A stretch of 33,546 nt of DNA from an uncultured euryarchaeote (GTDB taxonomy: Archaea > Halobacteriota > Halobacteria > Halobacteriales > Hikarchaeaceae): contig CAWVSO010000002.1 in the NCBI GenBank assembly GCA_963932585.1, forward strand, positions 1 through 33,546, in the 5' to 3' direction. Under the pieces are notes generated by a model, which made no database searches, was not told where the DNA came from, and worked only from the letters and a program-made list of their open reading frames with translations. Shown here piece by piece: positions 27,520 through 33,546 of this stretch. A program made the translations under genes and the position numbers. Numbering within the stretch: the first letter of the stretch is position 1; each line of letters begins with the position of its first letter.

Positions 27520-28539
27520 ATGGTTTCTAAATGCGAAACTAGTGCAGTGTTTATAGCCAACAAACCGCTTCAAGATTTCATAGATGTAGTGGACTCAATT
27601 GAACATCTTGGATATAAAGATTTATTCATAGCAGACCAGGCCCTCCGAAAGAATACCTATGCTTGGGCAACTCTTGCAGCAACTCGAACAAACAAAATTG
27701 GCATTGGACCCTCTGTCACAAATGCTTATACTCGGAACCCTGGTCTCACTGCAGCATCGATGGCAACTCTCGATGAACTCTCTGATGGGAGGGCAAAATT
27801 AGGATTCGGTGCTGGCGGTCATGGGATAGATAAATTTGGATACGATCAATCAAAATTAATAGGGGCCATGAGGGATGCAATCGATACTATCCAACGTCTA
27901 ACTTCTGGAGAAAAAGTGACTGCAACAAGAGATGAATTTTCATTGCATGAAGCTCAACTGGAATTCAAACCTATACGGAAAAAAATTCCCATATATATTG
28001 GTGGCAGGGGACCTCAACTCCTGTCTTTAGCTGGCGCTGTAGCCGACGGGGCATTTTTAGGAGGAGGTCTTCTATCTCCTTCGGGTATCAAATATGCCAA
28101 AGAACGAATTTCTATAGGTGCAAATTCAGCTGATAGGGATCCTAAAGATATAGATTTAAGATACCTAGCTTTTGTTTCTGTATCTCAAAACAAAGAAAAA
28201 TCTCTCAACGCAGCTGCATGGTTTATCTCCATGCTAACCAAAAGACATGCTAGTATAACGGCTCTAAAAGCAGCTGGAGCTGAAGATTCTCATATCCAAA
28301 AAGTAAAAGAACTCGGTGATATTGATTCTATTCCTCCGTCCACGCTATTAAATTCCATTTCCCCGGAACTGATGAATCTATATACTATTGTTGGAGCTCC
28401 TGAAGATTGTCAAACAAGAGTGGGAGAATTAGTTGACATGGGAGTAAAACACCTCACATTAGTCCCATTCTCAAATGAAGAAAAAAACATATTAGAAATT
28501 TTAGAAACCTTTTCTGATTTCAATTGCATATCAAACTAA
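27520..28539 (+). CDS. LLM-class (luciferase-like) flavin/F420-dependent oxidoreductase, Mer-like
   Basis: 339 aa. LGYKDLFIADQ, TNKIGIGPSVTNAYTRNPGLTAASMATLDELSDGRAKLGFGAG and IYIGGRGPQLL resemble 5,10-methylene-H4MPT reductase-like LLM proteins. Confidence 0.82.
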   Translation: MVSKCETSAVFIANKPLQDFIDVVDSIEHLGYKDLFIADQALRKNTYAWATLAATRTNKIGIGPSVTNAYTRNPGLTAASMATLDELSDGRAKLGFGAGGHGIDKFGYDQSKLIGAMRDAIDTIQRLTSGEKVTATRDEFSLHEAQLEFKPIRKKIPIYIGGRGPQLLSLAGAVADGAFLGGGLLSPSGIKYAKERISIGANSADRDPKDIDLRYLAFVSVSQNKEKSLNAAAWFISMLTKRHASITALKAAGAEDSHIQKVKELGDIDSIPPSTLLNSISPELMNLYTIVGAPEDCQTRVGELVDMGVKHLTLVPFSNEEKNILEILETFSDFNCISN

Positions 28540-28551
28540 ATATTTTCGTAT

Positions 28552-29820
28552 CTACCCTGATTCTTGAATTTTCTTTACAATTCCGTCAGTATATTCAGTC
28601 GTAGATATTTTTGTTGCTCCGGTCATTTGCCTTTCAAAATCATACGTCACTTCTTTTGAGACAATTTGTTCTTCTATTGCATCTCTCACCAAATCAGCTG
28701 CATCATGCCATCCCATATACTCTAACATAATCCTTCCCGATAATATCATTGCAGTGGGGTTCACTTTGTTTTGTCCAACATACTTAGGCGCAGATCCATG
28801 AGTTGGTTCTGCAAGTATCATTCCATCTCCAATATTTGCCCCCGGGGCAATACCCAAACCTCCAACTTGAGCCGCACAAGCATCAGAAAGATAATCTCCA
28901 TTCAAATTTGGAACTGCTAAGACATCATATTCATCTGTTCTTGTCAATATTTGCTGCATCATATTGTCTGCAATTCTATCATTTATTATCACTGCGCCCT
29001 CTGGCGGTTCACCTTGTCTCTCTTCCCACAACGTATTTTCTGCTATGACCTGATCTCCATATTCCTCTGCCAATTCATATCCCCATTTAGCAAAAGCGGC
29101 CTCTGTAAATTTCATTATATTTCCTTTATGAACAAAAGTTACAGATTTTCTGCTCCTCTCAATGGCATAATCAATAGATTTTTTTACAAGCCTCTTTGTT
29201 CCAAACTCTGTAATCGGCTTTATACCAATTCCAATTGGCCCCCCATGCATGACACCCTTAACTCCCATCTCCTCTTCAATAAATCTCTTAATTTTCTCTA
29301 CTTCTGGAGTTCCAGCTTCCCATTCTATTCCTGCATACACATCCTCTGTATTTTCTCTAAATATCACCATGTCCATTTTCTCAGGATGTTTAACCGGAGA
29401 TGGGACGCCTTTTAGGTGATATACTGGGCGTACACAAGCATATAGATCTAGAATCTTTCTTAGGGCAACATTCAAGCTCCTAAACCCAGATCCCACCGGC
29501 GTTGTAAGTGGTCCTTTTATGGCAACTCTGAACTCTCTAATTGCAGCTAAGGTGTCTTCTGGCAAAATATCTCCATCGTATAGTTCATTTGCGCTCTCTC
29601 CAGCATGAATTTCCATCCAATTAATTTTTCTCCCCGTCGCTTCTGCGGCAGCATCTAATACCCTCTGCGTCGCAGGGCCTACATCTACTCCAATTCCATC
29701 ACCATATATGATTGGAATTATGGGGTCGTCTGGAACAATGATGTCATCTGCATTATCTTTTCCTTTCTCAATCCTAGACCCGCTGCTAGGAACTTCTACC
29801 TTTTCGTACTTGTAAGTCAT
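28552..29820 (-). CDS. icd: NADP-dependent isocitrate dehydrogenase
   Basis: About 422 aa from ATG 29820 ([14 protein letters not shown]; the track start 29841 is TTG). [41 protein letters not shown] and HGSAPKY. Confidence 0.95.
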   Translation of the reverse strand: MTYKYEKVEVPSSGSRIEKGKDNADDIIVPDDPIIPIIYGDGIGVDVGPATQRVLDAAAEATGRKINWMEIHAGESANELYDGDILPEDTLAAIREFRVAIKGPLTTPVGSGFRSLNVALRKILDLYACVRPVYHLKGVPSPVKHPEKMDMVIFRENTEDVYAGIEWEAGTPEVEKIKRFIEEEMGVKGVMHGGPIGIGIKPITEFGTKRLVKKSIDYAIERSRKSVTFVHKGNIMKFTEAAFAKWGYELAEEYGDQVIAENTLWEERQGEPPEGAVIINDRIADNMMQQILTRTDEYDVLAVPNLNGDYLSDACAAQVGGLGIAPGANIGDGMILAEPTHGSAPKYVGQNKVNPTAMILSGRIMLEYMGWHDAADLVRDAIEEQIVSKEVTYDFERQMTGATKISTTEYTDGIVKKIQESG

Positions 29821-29877
29821 CTTCACTGAGATATTTATCAAAGAATGGTAAAAACAATTCGAATGTCACTTCCAATA

Positions 29878-30891
29878 TCAGAACTCTGGATGTGGACTGA
29901 CTTTTTGAAGAACTGTTTCTGCAATATTTCCTCCATAATCTGCACATCTAGATACGGAGTCTAAAATCAATCCAATCTTTTGAGCATCAGAAACATCTAA
30001 ATCTTTCACTGTACTGCGCATCATTTCTAAAACTAATTTTTCAATCAATATGACCTTTGCACGACTTATATTTGCTGCTTCTTTGGCCATATTCTTATCT
30101 TCCATTTTCATAGCTTCTATCGCAAGATCTATAATCTCTCTTGAGGCCTCATGAAGATTTCCCAATCCCTTACGAATTGGTTCGGGTATGTCTCCTAATT
30201 CTTGTTTTATATAACTAATTTTAGCAGCATGGTCACCAATCCTTTCTAATTGTCGAGCACATGTATGGTAATCAAAACAATCTATCTTCTCTAGGCCTAG
30301 TTCCTGTAATTTAGACGGACTTTTCAATGATGTTCGAAACGCTCTAGAGACAACAAACCATAAACGATCAATATCGTCGTCCCTTTCAATCACATCTTTT
30401 GATAGACCCAAATCATTTAATTTTATAGATTCAATAGAATCAGAAAACATAGAAAGGGCCATGCTTTCCATCCTTTCAACTGCTCCTATTATTGAAAATT
30501 CCGAACTATCTAGCAAATCTTTCAATTTCATCATAGTCGGCGTTTCATCTATTATCTCCATTCCAACAAGCTGTCTAGTTATATCTCTAACGGCACGCCT
30601 CTGTTCAGTAGAAATCCCGTTCGACTGTAATTCTATAATTTCAAAACCACTAACATACATGGTAACAACAGTCCTAACTATCTCATCCATTTCCATTCCA
30701 TCTATATTTGCACTTGTGCCATTTCTACTGTTTTTTTTCTCAGCAGACAATACAATCGAATTTCCTTCTGGGTAAAAATTTACCAATGATCCTGCACTTA
30801 TTTGATTTTCAACTGCCCATTCCTTTGGCAATGACACGGTATATGTCGAACCACCTGTTAATTGCACCTTTCTCTGCTCAATATCACTCAT
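29878..30891 (-). CDS. phoU: Phosphate uptake regulator: N-terminal SpoVT/AbrB DNA-binding domain fused to two PhoU repeats
   Basis: AbrB-like VQLTGGSTYTVSLPKEWAVENQISAGSLVNFYPEGNSIVLS, then PhoU repeats with ERIGDHAAKI and RCADYGGNIAE. ATG at 30891 (MSDIEQRK) is preferred. The TTG at 30924 abuts a TATA-like motif. Confidence 0.85.
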   Translation of the reverse strand: MSDIEQRKVQLTGGSTYTVSLPKEWAVENQISAGSLVNFYPEGNSIVLSAEKKNSRNGTSANIDGMEMDEIVRTVVTMYVSGFEIIELQSNGISTEQRRAVRDITRQLVGMEIIDETPTMMKLKDLLDSSEFSIIGAVERMESMALSMFSDSIESIKLNDLGLSKDVIERDDDIDRLWFVVSRAFRTSLKSPSKLQELGLEKIDCFDYHTCARQLERIGDHAAKISYIKQELGDIPEPIRKGLGNLHEASREIIDLAIEAMKMEDKNMAKEAANISRAKVILIEKLVLEMMRSTVKDLDVSDAQKIGLILDSVSRCADYGGNIAETVLQKVSPHPEF

Positions 30892-30924
30892 GATTATTGT
30901 CCCACTAAAAGAGATTATGGGCAA

Positions 30925-31124
30925 TCTATATATATACTTTATTTATTTATCATTATAACCTGCACAAATTATTATGGAAATATATATTTTTTGTCTATAT
31001 ATTTCATTTTTCGATAAACTAAGCCAATTTATATGTTTTAATATATTCTATTATATTATATTATTTATATCTATATATTAGAAATAGTTCCGTATTTAAC
31101 TTATCCTTGCATCTTTATCTATTA
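30925..31124. promoter_or_regulatory. Divergent phoU / pstSCA promoter region with three TCTATATAT(A/T) motifs
   Basis: Extremely AT-rich 200-nt spacer. The 10-mer TCTATATATW occurs at 30925-30934, 30994-31003 and 31070-31079. The outer copies sit at TATA-box distance from the phoU ATG (30891) and the pstS ATG (31125). Confidence 0.45.
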
Positions 31125-32120
31125 ATGACCCGAAAAAACATCTATTCTAGGAGAAAATTTTTATTCACGTCTAGTGCAGTAGGCCTTGCTGCATTAACTG
31201 GATGTTCTAGCAATAATCAGTCATCAGGCGGGCTCAAGAACGATTCAAATTCCTCTCTAGAATCAAACCTCTCTGGGGAAATAAATATTGTAGGGAGTTC
31301 CACCGTATTCCCTCTAATGTCTGCCATGGCCGAAGAATTTCAGAAAAAACATTCTGACGTTACCATCACGATTCAATCAACTGGAAGTGGCGGCGGATTC
31401 AAGAATTTTTTCTGTTTGGGGCAGACACATTTCAGCAACGCAAGTAGGCCAATAAAAGATTCAGAAATCGATTTATGCAAAGGAAATGGTGTAACACCCC
31501 ATGAAATTATACTCGCCACCGATGCATTAACTGTGGTTGTAAACAAGGATGCAGATTGGGTAGATAGCTTGACTGTCGCAGAACTCAAATCCATTTGGGA
31601 TCAAAATGCAGCAGAAAAATGGTCTGATATAAATCCCTCCTGGCCAGAAGAAAAGATCGATCGATACGGTGCAGCAGATACTTCTGGTACTTTTGACTAC
31701 TTCAACGAAGTCATTATAGGGGACAATGGGGATACCCATACCACTGATTATCAACCAACAGAAGGCGATCATATCATTGTCGCAGGCGTAGAAGGAAACA
31801 AATATGCAATAGGCTATTTCGGATTTTCTTACTACTACAACAACCCTGATACGATAAAGGCATTAAGAATAGACAGTGGAGACGGCCCAGTAGCTCCTAC
31901 TATTGAAACAGCTAAAAATGGGAACTACGCACCTCTCTCCAGACCTCTGTTCACATATGTATCTGCTGAAAAACTCAGTGAAAAACATGTTGCAGAGTTT
32001 GCAAAATATTGCATTGAACAAAGCGCAAACGAACAACTCGTGGCAAACGAAGTTGGTTATGTACCAAACACAACTGAGATCGTAGACAAAGAAATGGCAG
32101 CTTTAATTGCATTATTGTAA
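31125..32120 (+). CDS. pstS: Phosphate ABC transporter substrate-binding lipoprotein PstS (Tat signal plus lipobox)
   Basis: Twin-arginine SRRKFLF, lipobox LTGCSS, GSSTVFPL and TGSGGGF phosphate-binding blocks. ATG 31125; the track TTG 31107 adds 6 residues. Confidence 0.9.
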   Translation: MTRKNIYSRRKFLFTSSAVGLAALTGCSSNNQSSGGLKNDSNSSLESNLSGEINIVGSSTVFPLMSAMAEEFQKKHSDVTITIQSTGSGGGFKNFFCLGQTHFSNASRPIKDSEIDLCKGNGVTPHEIILATDALTVVVNKDADWVDSLTVAELKSIWDQNAAEKWSDINPSWPEEKIDRYGAADTSGTFDYFNEVIIGDNGDTHTTDYQPTEGDHIIVAGVEGNKYAIGYFGFSYYYNNPDTIKALRIDSGDGPVAPTIETAKNGNYAPLSRPLFTYVSAEKLSEKHVAEFAKYCIEQSANEQLVANEVGYVPNTTEIVDKEMAALIALL

Positions 32121-32121
32121 C

Positions 32122-33093
32122 ATGGGAATTTCCAATGATTCTTTCACTCACGATTCCACTTCTTATTACTCAACAGTACAAAAAAACATTGAATCTATAT
32201 ATGCAAAAATAAGTTTTTCATTAGCCATTCTCACGATTTTAATCACTGCCGGGATAATTTATTTCTTGTTCGAAGACGCAATAGTTTTTTTCTCTAATTA
32301 TTCATTAATACAATTTCTTACGAGTTCAAACTGGAGCCCTGTTATTCCTCCAAAGTCTTATGGAATTTTACCTCTATTTTTTGGGACCCTAGTGGTGACT
32401 ATAACTGCTGGTTTAGTGGCAATTCCTATCGGGACATTAACTGCTGTTTATCTCAGTGAATATGCAACTCCGCGTACTCGTTCAATTCTAAAACCTTTGC
32501 TAGAGGTACTCGCCGGAGTACCTACTGTAGTTTATGGATTTTTCGCACTTGCTTATGTAACACCTGCCTTGCGTATCTTATTTCCCACAATTAGTCCTTT
32601 TAATGCACTTTCAGCTTCTCTCATGGTCGGTATCATGATTATACCTATGATTTCTTCGATATCAGAGGATGCCATGAGTGCTGTTCCAAACTCTCTTAGA
32701 AGCGCTGGGTTTGGACTAGGTGCAACTAAATTCGATGTCTCAACTAGCATAGTAATTCCTGCGGCCTTATCTGGAATTTTTGCTTCTTATATTCTAGCAA
32801 TCTCTCGTGCAATCGGAGAAACTATGATAGTAACTGTAGCAATGGGTCTGCACCCAACAATACCAGAATTACGTTATGCAGGCCCAATTCCTTATATCCA
32901 TCCTGCAGACTTCCTGCTAGAATCGGGACAAACCATGACTGCAGCAATGGTGCAATTAGCGCAAAGTGATCTAGCTGGAAGTTCTGTTGCATACAATAGT
33001 CTATTTGCAATTGGAATAACTCTCTTTTTCATCACATTATTCATGAATGCCCTGAGTAACATGATAACAGAGCGTTACAGGGAGATTTATTAA
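32122..33093 (+). CDS. pstC: Phosphate ABC transporter permease PstC
   Basis: About 323 aa with 6 TM helices. ABC-permease loop SAGFGLGATKFDVSTSIVIPAALSGI. ATG 32122 lies 1 nt after the pstS stop. Confidence 0.9.
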   Translation: MGISNDSFTHDSTSYYSTVQKNIESIYAKISFSLAILTILITAGIIYFLFEDAIVFFSNYSLIQFLTSSNWSPVIPPKSYGILPLFFGTLVVTITAGLVAIPIGTLTAVYLSEYATPRTRSILKPLLEVLAGVPTVVYGFFALAYVTPALRILFPTISPFNALSASLMVGIMIIPMISSISEDAMSAVPNSLRSAGFGLGATKFDVSTSIVIPAALSGIFASYILAISRAIGETMIVTVAMGLHPTIPELRYAGPIPYIHPADFLLESGQTMTAAMVQLAQSDLAGSSVAYNSLFAIGITLFFITLFMNALSNMITERYREIY

Positions 33094-33546
33094 ATGAATA
33101 ACTCACTAAATATAGAAAAGAAAAAAGGAGCGTTTTCTCTATTCTCCCGGGATGTACTTTTTCAACATCTAGCATTTATTTCTTCTATAGTTGGAATTGT
33201 ATCTTTAACTCTTTTATTATTCACTGCTCTTTTCAATGCACTGGGCCTCAAACATGCAGACATACTTTGGTATATTTGTTTTACCCTCTCAATTTTAATC
33301 CCTTTAGCATTTTTCACTCTATACTGTACCAAGAACCCAGAGGTCAGTCAAGTGACAACTACGATATTAGGAATTCTCTTTGGTGGAATTCTATTGGGGT
33401 CATTTCTATTCTTAATTTTTCTCATTTTTGATCCAAAAATAGCACTTAATTATCTCATTTTCATATTGCTACCGACACTTTTAGTATGGCAAAAATTCAG
33501 ATATTCTAAATCTTTATATCTTAAATTTATCCCCTTGTCAACCATT
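33094..33546 (+). CDS. pstA: Phosphate ABC transporter permease PstA (5' part, runs off the window end)
   Basis: ATG immediately follows the pstC TAA. 151 codons stay open to the window edge and encode several TM helices (MNNSLNIEKKKGAFSLFSRDVLFQHLAFISSIVGIVSL...). Assignment rests on operon order; the conserved permease core lies outside the window. Confidence 0.7.
   Translation, partial: MNNSLNIEKKKGAFSLFSRDVLFQHLAFISSIVGIVSLTLLLFTALFNALGLKHADILWYICFTLSILIPLAFFTLYCTKNPEVSQVTTTILGILFGGILLGSFLFLIFLIFDPKIALNYLIFILLPTLLVWQKFRYSKSLYLKFIPLSTI

Noticed and set aside
28951-29415. 154-aa ORF on the plus strand (also 28803-29048)
   Set aside because: It is antisense to the strongly conserved icd gene, with Phe/Leu/Cys-rich non-protein-like composition.
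31041-31080. Apparent tandem repeat tattatattatattatttatatctatatatt
   Set aside because: This is low-complexity (TA/TTA)n-like promoter DNA without a consistent unit. Only the TCTATATATW 10-mer recurrence was kept as a finding.
1-33546. CRISPR arrays, IS elements/transposases, integrases, prophage or defence-island genes, rRNA
   Set aside because: I scanned both strands and all gaps. The largest non-coding stretches are about 190-200 nt and contain no repeat-spacer periodicity. Every ORF over 100 aa is accounted for by housekeeping or conserved hypothetical genes.

Overview
This is an AT-rich (by eye roughly 35-40% GC), very densely coded archaeal chromosomal segment with about 38 protein genes and one tRNA. 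Almost all of it is core housekeeping.

Genes present:
- A complete A1AO ATP synthase operon, atpH-I-K-E-C-F-A-B-D, on the minus strand (713-9304).
- A VTE3/UbiE-like SAM methyltransferase.
- ETF beta and alpha subunits.
- A trans-polyprenyl diphosphate synthase.
- A DUF373-type membrane protein.
- A Cys4-TRAM protein followed by RPA and an RPA-associated protein.
- tRNA-His(GTG).
- glyA and folD.
- An AI-2E permease.
- GINS51-PriS.
- A GNAT acetyltransferase.
- Archease-RtcB.
- A Mer-like LLM oxidoreductase.
- NADP isocitrate dehydrogenase.
- An AbrB-PhoU regulator transcribed divergently from pstS-pstC-pstA (pstA runs off the 3' end).

Several architectures look like Halobacteria-related or marine planktonic Euryarchaeota: a Tat-lipoprotein PstS, the AbrB-PhoU fusion, the RPA/RPAP pair, a membrane-tethered wHTH protein and the AERGIGAAAVGAIAEDRD c-subunit. 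I cannot place the lineage more precisely without a search.

I found no CRISPR array, transposase or integrase, rRNA, prophage or recognisable defence genes. I do not see a convincing new multi-gene system. The best candidate for uncharacterised biology is the divergent pair at 10062-12401: a secreted 400-aa protein plus a bitopic membrane protein with a cytoplasmic winged-helix domain.

Several ORF-track entries begin at upstream TTG/GTG codons. I trimmed these to the next in-frame ATG where family N-termini or operon spacing supported it.
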